Part shown: one piece after another, positions 36,967 through 50,914 of the stretch
Layout of the letters: each line of letters opens with the position of its first letter
How positions within the stretch are numbered: position 1 is the stretch's first letter
DNA from: Podarcis erhardii
Lineage: Eukaryota
Assembly (NCBI GenBank): GCA_964252035.1
Contig: OZ176200.1
Strand: one strand, 5' to 3'
DNA: 64,000 nucleotides
The notes under the pieces: model-generated
What the model saw: only the letters and a program-made list of their open reading frames with translations
Told to the model about the DNA's origin: nothing
Database searches by the model: none
Program-made: the position numbers and the translations under genes

Positions 36967-38451
36967 GTGTCATTTTGCACTGGGCTAGAAGATAAACGCA
37001 ATGCATCCCCAGTTTTCATGTGGTCAAAAGTCCTGTTTTGCAGTTACTGTATGTCAGTAGTCTCTGAATCTATGAGATCCTCATTGGGTGGCTAAGTATG
37101 TGGAGCTAGGTTCTAGGTTCCTCAGTTGCAGTCAGGGATGTGTGCTGGGTGGAATCAAGTCTCAGGTGATCCAGTCCTCCTAGTAAACTAGCCTACTGGA
37201 CTTTGCTGCCAGATTTTCTGGTTCAAGCTCAATGGCATTTTACAGTGGGAGGCCCTGGTCAGGCACAGTGTCCCTTGTCCTTCACTGATCCCAACGGCAT
37301 CCTTTAAGGAGGAGCTCCTCCTGCTTTTCACTACTGTGGTATCTGCAACCAAACAGTTTGATAGAAGAGCAGGAACCACCAGCAGTTCAGTGTCGCCAAC
37401 AGATCAAACTACTGCAAAACAAAGTAAAATGGGTCTGTTCAAGTTGAAGGTAGTCCAGCCAAGATAAAGAACCTACACCTTCTTTGTGAATAAGAAAGCA
37501 ACAATGAACCTAACCGACCTAGCCAGTCACTGCAATCCTGTGCACACTTGCAAGGGAGTGAATGCCACCAAACAGAGTGAACTTACATCTGAGTGAATAT
37601 GCATAGATTGCACTGTACCATGAATGAGCAGAATCTAAAGCTATCTGCTACAATTTAAAATGGCATTGTCACACAAACAATGCTATTTCAAAGAATTAAG
37701 GGCATGCCACCAGACAATAGGAAAGTAAGTTCTCCAGAGGTTCAACTTGAGTGCAGTTGCTGGCCATCTCTCTTGCTATTTCCCCTTCTCTGCTTGAGGG
37801 GGGGGAATCTCACCTCAGGGGAAGAAAAAGAGGTTGCAGTTGGTGGAATGGATGAATGATGATGGAAGAAGCTTATTGGACCTCACCTGCAATGAGAAAT
37901 GATGTCCAATGGGAAATGATGTCCAGAGAGCATCATTTCCCACCAGTCCCAATGGGCCTCCTTCATTGCATTTATATCTCACTTCCCCAACATGTGACTT
38001 CTTTCTCCATTAGGGGGAGGGGAAAGAGTAGCGGGCAATGAAGGGCAGGGTGAGGCATGAGCAGGATCAAGACAAGGTGCCTTCTTGAGGTACCAATCTT
38101 TATTCTGCTTGCTGATAATTCTAGCCAGGATGCCCACCTAGCTGAACTCCTTGCTCTCCCTATTCTTGCTGAAAAGTGAGTATAAAACTGACAACTTAAA
38201 AGTTTCCACCACAGTTCTGCTCTTATATTCCTGCGTGGCCTTGGCAAACTGTTTAAGCTGAAAGTGGAGTATGGCGTTTGTTATGTTTTATGTGTGGTGC
38301 CCTCTCTGTGTTTAGAAGACACATACAGAATTCACTGTTTGGGCATTTAAATGAAACTCAGTGCCCATGTTTTAGGTCAAGGACTTTATGGTATCAACAA
38401 GCTGTGGGTTCAATATTAAAGCTGTTTTTGAAAAATGTAGAACTCCATTTA

Positions 38452-38522
38452 TCTTCGTTTCCCCATCTGTAAAATGGGGCCAATTGTTCCTGATTTTCAC
38501 AGGGGTGTACTGAGGGCTAAAT
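38452..38522 (+). mobile_element. MIR/CORE-SINE core remnant
   Basis: GTTTCCCCATCTGTAAAATGGGG...TCACAGGGGTGTACTGAGG, the CORE signature. Confidence 0.65.
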
Positions 38523-39589
38523 AATATTTGTATATAGCTTTTGAAATGTAAAATAATAATTATTATTATCATTCAGAAATGCTCTAACAAACCTCACAGT
38601 TCTTGGTTACAGTCATAGAACGACAGAGGAACACAAAGCTTATAGAGGAATATATGGAATGTGAATATTCTGAAGGCAAGAACAGTATTATAAACAAGGC
38701 AAGAGTATTAAAGTCCCTTATTCTGGACAACCTTATGAATTACTTGAAGAAGGTGGAATGGGTGTGTAAATTATGAGCCAGTGGTAATGAACTCACTTTG
38801 TCTTCAAAGACAGCTTCTAGACTGTTGAGACCCAAGAATGGTATTTTTTATCTAATTGCAAACTAGTTAGGTAGCCTTTCAAAAAGAGATTAGTACTGTA
38901 CTCTAACGAACACAGTCCAGTATTTTCTTTTACTTGAAAGTAATGAAGATCATATCTGATCATATAAATTTTAGTTGCATCTCATTTGTAGATGCTAAAT
39001 ACAGTCTCAAATGAGGCAAAAATACTGTTGAAGGTGCTGAAGTGCAAAGCTATGAATTAGGCTATAATGGTTTAGGGAGGAAATTTAAAGTAGGATTTCA
39101 CAATGTCACTGTCTTCTAAGTCCTTCTGCATCGTAATAGTCTTTGGACACATCTGCCGTTTCCAGCAGGACATCGGAATTGTAATTAACTGTTGTGACAG
39201 CTACGGTTTGAGAATTCCAAATGTATTCTCTCTCACACACATACACACTTGTATTTCAATGTATGGAATAGATTAAACATCTGCTGCTATTACTGTACAG
39301 CATATGAACACATCTGGTGAGATTACACCACTTCTAAACTGCTACTAAATATAAGCTACTGTTTGATCTCAAGGTGTTGAATGAACACCAGCAATGTGTT
39401 TTCTTTTTTAAATTAGGTTATGTGAATTATTAGTGTTAAAAGTGTTTTCAAACATTCACACATTCTCCTGGAATCTCAGTTTCGTCATTTCAAATACAAG
39501 GGAGTCGTCTTTTGCCCGAGACAGCAGGTGGCCAGGGCAGCTGATAAGTCTGTATCTTTGCAGCGGGGATGAGACTCAATGTATCTCTC

Positions 39590-39725
39590 CAGTGATGGCC
39601 AAACTTGGCCCTCCAGCTGTTTTGGGACTACAACCCCCATAATCCCTAGCTAACAGGACCAGTGGTCAGGGATGATGGGAATTGTAGTCCCCAAACAGCT
39701 GGAGGGCCAAGTTTGGCCATCACAG
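39590..39725. mobile_element. hAT-type MITE
   Basis: 33-bp TIR with 1 mismatch (CAGTGATGGCCAAACTTGGCCCTCCAGCTGTTT); TSD not clean. Confidence 0.85.
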
Positions 39726-40974
39726 ATCTAGGCCATTCAATACATGACATGCAGGCAAATCCAAGTTTAGCTTAAGTATACCAATATGGGAAGTCCCAGC
39801 CTCCTGATGAGTATACTTCTATGGTATGCATGTTTCCAAACATTTGTCACAACTACATAGCTTTACGTGTATGTGTAATACATTTCAAGTTGTGTAACTA
39901 AAAAGCATAATTTATGAAGTGGCCCTTTAAAATGACAATGGTGGACTTTGCAGTTTTTTGTTTTTTTAAAAAAAATATTATTATTTCCCATGTTCGAAGG
40001 AACCTGCGTCTGAGGAATTGCTCATAAAGCTTCTTGAAATGTTGGAACGCAAATACATATTTCATATGTACGAGTGGGCAGTGGATTAAGAATTACACCA
40101 TTTTAAATGTTGTAACAGTTATTAAATGTTAACTCTGCTGTAAATTTTAAATATTTATACATTTTGTAGAAATAAAATATGCCAGTTTAGTTTTATTTTA
40201 GTTTGACTTTGTCTTTGTTGTAGGCATATCTTCCTGTAATCAGATATTAAGCATTTTACCAGAAGTTTCTTTACCAGTAGTGTAAGCCATTTGTATATTA
40301 TATAGGACCGTTTTTCAAAAAAGCAATTGGATACTTTATGTATGAAAAAGCAATATGTATGAAATAGGTTCATACCTATATCTTTATTGTGCTTGATGAT
40401 TGCAATAGTGTGGTGCCTTGGATGTTTGAGTATGCCACTGTAGATGTCAACACCACAGGCAGAATTTTCTTCTCTCTTCTTGCGTCATTTTCAAATACAA
40501 TCCCTTTCAGTGGAGCCAGTTCACCATTCATTTGCCCAGGCATCAATGGATACATAATGCCTATCTGGATCAAGCCCATAAGCTACAATTCTATTATGTA
40601 TCCATAAATCTAACTGACTGTGCAATGAGTTTTGAATGCATAGCTGTGTGCAAGTATACATGTGCCAGGATTTCTGCCAGCAAGGATGTGTCCTGCACAA
40701 GCTGTGAAAATGTGTGCACAGAACACATCAGAACCATAAGAGAGACTGGAGAAACACTGTGTCGCTGGTTAATAATCCTTTCCATGTTTTGGAATGAGTT
40801 CATTTCAATGCAGGCTAGTCCAAACTTTACAAATCAGAGAAAATATGGGAGGGAAAACTATGGCCTTTTTACCATGAGGCGATACTTTTCTGCCACCTGT
40901 TTGCTCTCTTATGTTTCCTTTCTAAGGCTCCTGATACAGAAGAAAACCACTGCACTTTGCTGCGCTTTGAATGA

Positions 40975-41348
40975 AAATAATAATAATAATTCATAATAAT
41001 AATAATAATAATAATAATAATTTAAACCCTGCCCATCTGGTTGGGTTTCCCCAGCCACTCTGGGCGGCTTCCAACAGAATATTAAAATACAATAGTCTAA
41101 TAACACTAAAAGCTCCCCTAAACAGGGCTGCCTTCAGATGTCTTCTAAAAGTCTGGTAGTTGTTGTTCTCTTTGACATCTGGTGGGAGGGCGTTCCACAG
41201 GGCGGGTGCCAGTACCGAGAAGGCCCTCTGCCTGGTTCCCTGTAGCTTGGCTTCTTGCAGCGAGGGAACCACTAGAAGGCCCTTGGCACTGGACCTCAGT
41301 GTCCGGGCAGAACGATGGGGGTGGAGGCACTCCTTCAGGTATACTGGA
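40975..41348 (-). mobile_element. L2 LINE 3' end with (TAA)n tail
   Basis: Antisense ORF VPSLQEAKLQGTRQRAFSVLAPALWNALPPDVKENNNYQTFRRHLKAALF. Confidence 0.9.
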
Positions 41349-42615
41349 TATAGAACCCATATCTGACATTTGGTGACTGGTGCTTAACAGCTCTGCATAG
41401 GTGCTCAGGATGTGTGTGGAGAGAAACATGTTCACGGCCAGCCCCACTCTCAGTTTACGTCTTCCTTGTCTTGTCTGCACAAACGTAATGTGCTTATTAG
41501 CTGCACGTGTGAACTGGAACACATGAACAAGCAAATACATACACAGTGGCTTGTCTCGCACATATTGCCAAGCCCTTTGTTTGTTTAACCAATTGTGAGT
41601 TGTCCCACAAGTGACCAAACAAACCATGGCTTGATTCTCCAATACTGGGATTGTTTTCCAGTTGCTATTGCCCCGTACCTCTGTAGATAGTTTTAACACC
41701 CTCCAAGTGTACCTATTTTCCAGGGACAGTCCCAGATTCACAGTAGCCGTCCCAGTTTCTGATTTGGTCCTGGAATGTCCTGCTTTTCCTTAGGACCCTA
41801 TTTTCACCAGAGTAATATTGGAGGGTAGGGTAAGACATCACTATTTTCATCGGATAAATGTTGAAGGGTATGGAGTTATGCGATCCCCAAACCAAGGAAA
41901 TAAGTAACTATGCAACCTTTGCTGTATTCAAGGAGAAGCACTGTGTTTACATGTAACACCAAGCCATAGTCAAAAGAAAGCCAACAATAAACCATGACTT
42001 CAGGTTGTGCTTGGTGGCAGTAAACTATCCATAGTTAAATTTCTGAGCAAGATTCACACATCATGCTAAACCACAGTTTAATCAACCGTAGCTAAAATGA
42101 ACATGGCTTGGCATTATGTGTGGACCAGACCAGTATAATGAACACATGTCTGTACAGGGTTCAAAGGCTATATAAATTAAGAACATGGTCTAGCTATGAT
42201 GTAGAAAACTAAAGTAAGTCCCTTTGCACATCTGTCGGATGTTCATTCCCAAATAAATGGCCACCTTCAGGCATGCAGAAGGGCTTGCATCTGTTCAAGA
42301 GGCCTTATCTATCTCACCACAAATACATTTCACTACTCCAGCAGACAACTCTTTACAGTGCCACATTGCAAACTGTTTTTACAGGTTCTCTAACACTGAA
42401 AAGCGGCTTGTGATTCAGCATACATAGGCTGTTAGGAGATAAAAAGTAAAATCCTTACTGGCACAAATGGTTGTTTGGCTTAAAGCTATGGTACTTAATT
42501 AAAATCACACTTTAAACATCTATAATGTGGATGGTGCAATTTTTTCCCCTGAGATATTTTTGAAAATAGACTTGGGTCAGAAGAAGAATACGTCTATAAT
42601 CCTTGCAGCTCAAAG

Positions 42616-42618
<3 letters not shown>

Positions 42619-42662
<44 letters not shown>
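42619..42662. repeat. (AG)n microsatellite
   Basis: Direct reading of the sequence. Confidence 0.95.
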
Positions 42663-42665
<3 letters not shown>

Positions 42666-42897
42666 ATTTTTAGAAACACAGGCAGCATTTTTTTCCTTTG
42701 CAAAGAGCCAGAGATACCAATGGGAATAGTTTTATAAAGCAATCATCATCATAATGGTTGGTTTGTGATGCTTTTCATCCATAGTTTTACAACAATAGTC
42801 TCTGATTGCATGAAATTATGAAAACAAATCTAAATCTTGACACGTCTCCATGCTTAAAATTAACCAATACTCAAGTGTCAGTTTATGTTAATAGCTA

Positions 42898-43030
42898 NNN
42901 NNNNNNNNNNNNNNNNNNNNNNNNNNNNNNNNNNNNNNNNNNNNNNNNNNNNNNNNNNNNNNNNNNNNNNNNNNNNNNNNNNNNNNNNNNNNNNNNNNNN
43001 NNNNNNNNNNNNNNNNNNNNNNNNNNNNNN
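42898..43030. other. Assembly gap (133 N)
   Basis: Run of N. Confidence 1.
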
Positions 43031-45061
43031 TCTATAAAAGGCAAATAAAAGAGATTATTGGAAATAAAAGATGAATGATGAATGTGGTGCAAATTAAATC
43101 TAAGGAGCCTGAAGGAATTGGGGCAAGAGAAGAAATGAGTCCACTTTCCTACATTTCTGAAAGGAAGGTAATTAATAAGGTGTGTTTATTATGGCAAGCT
43201 CTGATCACACTCCAATATGGATTTAAAATGTGTGGTCAGCCTAAATACAGTCGCTATTAACAGTGCATCATTTTTCAAAATGTCACCCTTTTTTGGGGGG
43301 GGCACCTATTTATTTAGAACTGGCATACAGAAAATATACATGGGTTAAATGCAACAATTTGCAAACAGCACCCTGCTCACGCAATGGGGTTTTTCTGCCT
43401 CCCCTCTACCTTACTGAAGCCCCATATATGTTCCCTGAAAAGTCAGTACTGAGGATCGGGGAATGGTGTGAGGTGTGGCATAGCGGGACTTTAGAAGGAA
43501 GAGGGAGAGAGTGGAAATTGCACAGACACACACACCCTGTGTAAATGGAAGTGCCCACATCTCACATTAGGGTCATTTTAGATCAAGGACTTGGAACCAA
43601 CGATTGTTATTCCTTCTGGGAAACTTTGATGTAATTCCCCGCCCCCCCCCCTCATCCTATAAGCTGATTTCTGCATCTAGGCCAGCAAGTGCCATGATCA
43701 GAGTTCAAGGGCAAATTCCAGCCAGGCAAAACCACCCCAGAAGGTGTGGAGCAAGGCCAGTAAGGGGTGTGGCCAAGGAAGAAGGAGGTGTGGCCTGGGC
43801 GTGGCCAAGGGCTTGACAGAGAAATAACATGGGCCACATTTGGAGCTAAGGTGAGTTTCCACACCACAGATTTAGATCTAACACAGAGTTCTTGAAATCA
43901 AACCAATTTAACAAAATGTATTCCTGGGCTGAGATCCAAAAGCACTTGCTCCATGTGCCACTGGGGCTGGACTGGGCGTGTGTTTCTTGAACAGCCAACC
44001 CTCCCTATCATGTGCCAAGTCTTTTGAAAAAGGTGGGAATTTCCAAAGTAGTTTTTATAGTTTTTAACAGGGATGAGATTCAGCTGTTCAAAAGGGGGGG
44101 GGGGTTAAAATGCATCAAAGCTCTTGGACTCACCTGAAGAATCTCTTTGATTTCTTTCCTGGGAATTTAACTGCATAATTAGCAACTATGCTGATTTCTT
44201 ATGAAACAGATCTTATCTGTTATCAAGTTATCTCCGTGACTGCCTTGAATATGCAAATATTGGGTTGGGAGTGGGGGCTTTGGTAGCTACAAAGCTTCAA
44301 TTTGTTCAACGTATAAAATCATATGTTACACGCTCTAAAGAAGTTTGCTTCTATGTTTATTTCTGATGAGCTGAGGTTTTAGCTAGAGTAATCTTCTCAT
44401 GCATGAGACTGAAGGTGATTTTGAATCGCTACGGTGATTATGATGTATATGGGAAAATGCAATTAACTGCAGATATCCGGTTAATTATAGCATGAATATC
44501 ATTTGATGACTCGGAAAGTAATCTACCTGCGGGAAATGAAGGTAGAAAACGTCACACTAAAAATGTATTAAATGGTGCTTACTGTATTAAAATTATCAAA
44601 CTTCCAATCTCTAATTTAATCTTTAGGAAATTAAGTTAAAATGCTGGTGCCTAATGGAACAAGTTAGTCACAACTAATGTAAGGGCTATTGGTTTTAATG
44701 GGATTAGTCAAAGCAAAACCCCAGGTCAGAGCTTTGGGATTTGTGTGTTTCTATGTGCCTAGAGTCTGTTTCCATACAATTTGGGACCTTAAATTTGCAG
44801 AGGTGCTCACATAATCTCTGTGCTCTCAAGACTGGTTAATGCATAGAGGTTGGAGTGGAACATCAGTTATGATTGCACCGTTTCTTCCCAATCTATACAC
44901 AGACTGTGAACACTGCAATAGCGGTTAACATGTTAGCTAGATTGCAGCCTCAGGGTTTATTTTCCAATTTCGCAAAACATTATATATATATGTAGAGAGA
45001 GAGAGAGAGAGAGAGAGAGATAGGACTGCAAGTTCATTTGTACAGAACTACTTAGAATTAT

Positions 45062-45411
45062 GGACGCGGGTGGTGCTGTGGGTTAAACCACGGAGCCTAG
45101 GACTTGCTGATCAGAAGGTCAGCGGTTCAAATCCCCGCGACGGGGTGAGCTCCCATTGCTTGGTCCCTGCTCCTGACATCCTAGCAGTTTGAAAGCACGT
45201 CAAAGTGAAAGTAGATAAATAGGTACCGCTCTGGCGGGAAGGTAAACGGCGTTTCCGTGCGCTGCTCTGGTTCGCCAGAAGCAGCTTAGTCATGCTGGCC
45301 ACATGACCCGGAAGCTGTATGCAGACAAACGCCGGCTCCCTTGGCCTATAGAGTGAGATGAGTCAGTCATGACTGGACCTAATGGTCAGGGGTCGCTTTA
45401 CCTTTTACCTT
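45062..45411 (+). mobile_element. Sauria SINE
   Basis: Full head and core with ACCTTT tail; 13-bp TSD TACTTAGAATTAT (45049-61 / 45412-24). Confidence 0.93.
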
Positions 45412-45719
45412 TACTTAGAATTATAGAGTTGGAAGGACAGTCCAACCCCTTGCAATGCAGGAGTCTTTTGCTCAATGTGTAGCTCTGTTGCTTATTGTGC
45501 CCAACGTGGAGCTCTGTTGCCAACAATCATTGGGCTTATTCCAATGAACTATGTAAACATGCAGGTGCAACAGAGCTCCAAAATCCACTCACTTTAGTGA
45601 ATGGCACAGCTGTGGCCATCCAAATAAATGTGTATGTGTGGTGCCCTTTTCATTGAAATGAATGAGACAATTCATGGGAGGATGGGCTGGGGATATGTAA
45701 GCAGAGAGGCAGAAGTGGA

Positions 45720-45868
45720 AGGGCTGTAGCTCAGTGGTGGGACATCTGGTTGGGATTCAGAAGGTCCCAGCTTCTTCAGGTAGGGCTAGAAAGGGAAGTC
45801 TAACCGAAATCTTGGAGAACCGCTGCCAGTCATGTTAGGAAACAATAAACTAGATGCCCCAATGGGCT
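45720..45868 (+). mobile_element. Degenerate Squam3-like tRNA SINE
   Basis: AGGGCTGTAGCTCAGTGG A-box head and CCGCTGCCAGTCA body. Confidence 0.65.
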
Positions 45869-46259
45869 GTGCTTTGCAACATCAAGTGGCACTTACAGAG
45901 GAGAGTAGGCACTGGAAATGTGTTTGTCATCAAGAGTATCAGTCAGAAATGGCCAACCATTCTCCCTGCAACCATCACTGCTGCTTTGCATCTTTCGCAA
46001 ATATTCCCATTTTAGTGACAGTTCTTGCATTTGTGCCTTGGACAACCGTAGAAACCGATGACATGTGGCAAGCAGCGCCTTCAGCTTTAGAGTCAAGCCT
46101 TGGCCCTGGAGCCATTTCTGTTCTCATCCTGTACTTATCCAAGGGAATGGTTCTGCAGAAGTCATTTTGAATGAGGGTCATTGCCAGTGTTTCTAGCTAA
46201 CCACATTCCAAATGTGGTCCTTGGGGAAAGCTAGTTCAGCATCCTCAGAAACTGATCTG

Positions 46260-47680
46260 CTCTGTCCTGCAGGGCTTGATATTATCCGTGATGCTCTTCA
46301 GGAACTATGACCCCTCCATGAAGCTACCAGTAAAGATCATCTGGTACTTTGGGGTCTATAACCCACTGATGACATCCAGCTCTGTGTTTTGTAATCTTAG
46401 GCATCCAGGAGTTGCATAATTCTCATGCACTTTCTCCATTAATGCCCATCCTATAAATTCCCAGTTAATATTTGCACATTATGACATTTTGCTGGTGATT
46501 TAGGAGAGGGGGGGCTCTCAGATTTTAGATGTTCTTTATCTTTAATCAAACTAAGCCATCCCCTCTTAGTGAGAGCTTTTCAAAGCTGTGCTCTTTTCAG
46601 TTTACAATGAGGTCATTTGTTGGGGAGCCATGCTAGGCTGAACCATTGGACAAAAGGGACATTTTTCCAAGGCATTCAACCCACAAAGAGTGGAGCAGCC
46701 CACAGAGTGGGGCTTCTGCTGCTACCACCCGAATAGTAGCTTGCGAGTGCAATGTGTGTTAGCTGGGGAAATGGTGTATCTAGCGGAATGGCCAATCATG
46801 CGCTGGCTTAAAGCAATGTGCATCAGGCAAGGATTCAACTGCAGCAGGGAAAGGGGAGGAGGAAGCAGATGCAGAGAAATGGGAGGACACATACACTTGT
46901 ACAGGCACAAGCTTGCTTCTGACATTCATACATCCTGATACAAAGCCACTTTCCAGTGGCAGCTGCTTTGGGACCACATGAAGGTGCTGTTGGTGGACGA
47001 TTCTCATGTCATGGAATTGGGTGTAGAGGCCTGTTCCAGGTGTGGTCACACTTCCCCCCAAAGGAGCAAGTTCAGAATACCTGGGAGGGGCTCCTGGATC
47101 CAAATGTCTTCAGTGGCAAGGAGTCTCACTTTCCAGAGCCAACCACTTTATGCTCTACTAACCTCACATAATGCCCTTTGCCAGTGCTATTTTTCTAGAA
47201 AGAGAGGTGCTGGAACTCACCACGAGTGCCTCCCTTGTTCTCTTATAATGGCAGTGGCACCCACCTCAGAGGTGCTGGCCCAGACCTTAAAAGCAACAGA
47301 GGGTGCCCTCCTCATCGTGGGGGTGGGGATTACTCATCTCACGGTCACGTGCCATAAGGCCTTCTCCATCATAATGATCTGTTTGTGGCACAGATGGTCC
47401 CTACTTAGTTTTAGCTTCTGACACCAAGCAAAAGCACATTTGTTCATTTAAAGTGTTTGGCAGAGTTTGCCAGACCATTTAAGGTCTAGGGTACTGTTCT
47501 AGTTTTGGGGTTTTTGTTTCGTTATGTTGGCCTGCTGCTGGTTTTAATTCTGGTCACGGTTGCTTTAAAATGTTTTAAACTCGGCCTCATAAGGTTAATC
47601 TTGCTTTTAAAGTCTTTTGTAAGCTACCCCGGGATCTTCTGAATGAAGGGGTGGTTTTAAAATGTCATGAATAAATGAAT
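46260..47680 (+). mobile_element. Old fragmented L2 (RT to 3' end), interrupted by a MITE near 47180-47290
   Basis: VLQGLILSVMLF...TDDIQL (RT GVPQG/YADD-like, 46264-46385); LLVDDSHVMELGV...LPPKEQV...LLDP (46980-47110); ..HKAFSI.. followed by an L2-type 3' tail. Confidence 0.65.
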
Positions 47681-49090
47681 AGTATGAGCAGGAATCCATT
47701 TGCCCTGACATACATCACTGTCTCACTTTATTTTTTGCTGTAGCATGTATTCCTTAAAAATAAGAACCTGTGAGCTTTGGAACCCTTTAAAACAGACCAG
47801 CCCCATTAAAAACTTCCTCTTCTGAGTGTCTCTTTCTGAGTGGAAGCAAAATAGTTACAAAGACCTTGGTTTCTCCTCCCCCACCCCCACCCCCAAAATA
47901 ACCCAGTGAAGTTAATTTGATGGCTGTCACCTGACTGTAGCATGCAATAAATTCACTTTTGTCCACCTAAGCCTCGCCATCTGTTCAATGTCACTAGATA
48001 TTTAATCTGAGCAATTCAGTTCATTTTTTGCCTTGGATGAAACACACATCTGTGAAGGGCCAACTTTGCTACCTGAAATTAATCTTCATCACAGTGTTTA
48101 AAGTTCACATGCTTCTGGTTCACCTTCATTGCTTAGACATACCTAGTTACTATAGTTTGTTCTACCAGGTGGTATTTGAAAGTGGGACTCCAAACACAGT
48201 TGTTTTGCTCTGGAGGAATAACCATATTGTTAGCGGAGTCAAAATAGGCAAGTCTGTTGAAATGAGGAGGTGCTAATTCCCAATTTCCCCCCTTTTTTCT
48301 TTTATTTTTGCCTGGTCAGTCTGTTCTCTGATTCATTGCCTTACTATCTCTCTTGGTTAGGAACTCACAATGACCACCTATAGACCCCTCTGGGCTCTTG
48401 CAGGAAGCTCTACATTTACTCGAGAGTTATCCTGCTCATTTGAGAGTTTGAGCCCCAGACCTTTTCTCTCTTTAAATAAAGGAAAGCTATCATGGAGCCT
48501 TTTTTCCTTTTTCAAAAAAAAAGGGTTAGGAAAATATATCAAAGATGCGCTGCTATAAACCAGTAGGACTGGTTTCATATATTTATTTATTTATTTTTAA
48601 TCTTACCAGCATGAAAACTTCCTTCACGCATGAACTCAAGTGCATTCCCATCTGTCAGTCATCTTCAACCTCTGTAGCATCTAGAATTCAAAAACGATCC
48701 CTCTGGGTTTCGTCTCTTTTCTAAGGCCACATGCAGTTCGCATAGTATCAAGTAGACTCATCACTGGGGTTTGAGGTACAACAATGTGGTTGTCCCTCTG
48801 CTATGGTGAGCTGAAATGTGTTGGTTTCAAGACCGTTCTGTTGCCATTGTTTCTTTTTATTATATTCTCAACTAGAATCCAGGAGAAACTATGATACAAT
48901 CTTGGGAAAGCCAAGCGAATCCAAATCCTGCCACTTTGTACAACTGCAACGCTGTTGCAGCTTCATTCCATTTCAGTGTAATTACCCAGTGTAGGATCAG
49001 GCCCAAACTGATTTTAAAAGAGTAGTGAAGGCAAAAGAAGAACACTTCTGTAGTAATGTGAAGAGGATTGTTATGGATCAGTCTAATTTA

Positions 49091-49436
49091 CAGTGGTGCC
49101 CCGCAAGACGAATGCCTCGCAAGACGAAAAACCCGCTAGACGAAAGGGTTTTCCGTTTTTCGAGGCGCTTCGCAAGACGAATTTCTCTATGGGCTTGCTT
49201 CGCAAGACGAAAACGTCTTGCGAGTCTTGCAAGTCTTGTGATTTTTTTCGCTCCCCCCCCTTTTTCTAAGTCGCTAAGCCGCTAATAGCCGCTTTGCCGC
49301 TAAGCCGCTAATAGCCGCTAAGCCGCTAATAGCGCTAATCCGCTAAGCCGCTAATAGGGTTGCTTCGCAAGACGAAAAAACCGCAAGACGAAGAGACTCG
49401 CGGAACGGATTCTTTTCGTCTTGTGAGGCACCACTG
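49091..49436. mobile_element. Tigger-like MITE, CpG-rich (young)
   Basis: TA TSD; 22-bp TIR CAGTGGTGCC(C/T)C(G/A)CAAGACGAA; six internal CGCAAGACGA copies and a GCCGCTAA tandem array. Confidence 0.9.
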
Positions 49437-49575
49437 TATAAAAGAATTTCACCCAACATGGGCCAATGGCTCAGCCAACATGGGCCAACGATCAGGAAGG
49501 ATGGAATCTGACAACGTCTGGAGGGTATCAGGACCTCCACCCCTACTGTACAGCAGGGAACATATACATATGTAT

Positions 49576-49614
<39 letters not shown>

Positions 49615-49789
49615 TATATTTCAAAGTATCAAGAAATGTTTTGAAATGTAAACATTTGAATAATTAAACATGGAACTATCCATATTTTGGGGGTCTATGA
49701 CAGGTCCCCAACCTGCCTACATGCTCTGTATAATGTTTTGACCAGCCCTAATGGCATTGAAGTTTGGGAATATTCTGGGCAGCTTCCAG

Positions 49790-50062
49790 CACATATAAAA
49801 ACATTAAAAAGTCAAACATTTAAAACTTCACAATGCAGGGCTGCCTTCAGGTGTCTTCCAAAAGTTCTGTAGTTTTTTATCTCCTTGACATCTGGTGGGA
49901 GGGCGTTCCACAAGGCAGGTGCTACTACAGAGAATGCCCTTTGCCTGGTTCCCCATAACTTCACTTCTTGCAGTGAGGAAGCCACCAGAAGACCCTCGGA
50001 GGTGGACCTCAGTGTCTGGACTGAACAATGGGGGTGGAGACGCTCCTTCAGGAGACGCTCCT
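49790..50062 (-). mobile_element. L2 LINE 3' fragment
   Basis: CAGGGCTGCCTTCAGGTGTCTTC...GGGGGTGGAGACGCTCCTTCAG with a terminal 15-bp duplication. Confidence 0.82.
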
Positions 50063-50851
50063 TCAGTGTTCAGGCACCAACACTTTGAATTGTGCTCGGA
50101 AACATACTGGGAGTTGGACTAGAATTCCCATCAGTCTCAATCAGCATGGCCAATGGTAGGGGCTGATAGGAGTTGTATTCCAACAACATCTGTGGAGTCA
50201 CTGGGCTGGGGATGAATAAGCAACTCTGGTCCTCTTAGAACCACTTTACCTGAATGGCTTGTGTTGTCCATTCTGTTCTCATCACAGTGGAGAAATGTCT
50301 TCCAGCCAGCTGGAAGAACATAGCTCCCTGTTCTAATAATGTTAGTTAACAAAACTCAAACCCTTTTTTTTTCCTGGAGGAGCTCTAGAACTAGAAATGT
50401 CAGGTATGGTTTTTATTCAAGGCATGAGGAAATATGCAGTTCTCTGCAAGCAGACTGTAACCCCTCCCACCACATTATAATGACTTGAGCCTTGAGTTAG
50501 CTGCAGCTTCTGACACCGCAGGACAAGGCCTGTCAGGCTGGGTCAGCATTTGGCAGAGAACTCTGAAGACAAACATTTAATATTGTCAAAAGGGATAAAG
50601 GCTTCCCCTCCCCTTTCCTTTTACACATCAACATGTGCGTGTTATTTTGGAACCATTTGGAGCTTCCCCACGCACCCCGCAATCTGCGCACACTCTATGA
50701 TCTGTGACAAAACCAGTTTTGATAGTTTCTTCCAGCCCACACAGACATCATCTGCTCATGGTATTAAAATAAAATCCTTAATGTGCTCTCTCTGTGTTTC
50801 ATTTTGTAGGTCAGTCTGCTCGAGTCCTTGGATGTAGCCTAGAAGGCACGA

Positions 50852-50914
50852 AAGAAGAAGAAGAAGAAGAAGAAGAAGAAGAAGAAGAAGAAGAAGAAGA
50901 AGAAGAAGAAGAAG
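50852..50914. repeat. (AAG)n microsatellite
   Basis: About 21 AAG units. Confidence 0.97.

Noticed and set aside
40532-40996. 154-aa Cys-rich ORF
   Set aside because: No recognisable domain or splice context, and it ends in an L2 (TAA)n tail.
42806-43092. ORFs crossing the N gap
   Set aside because: Artefacts of translating Ns.
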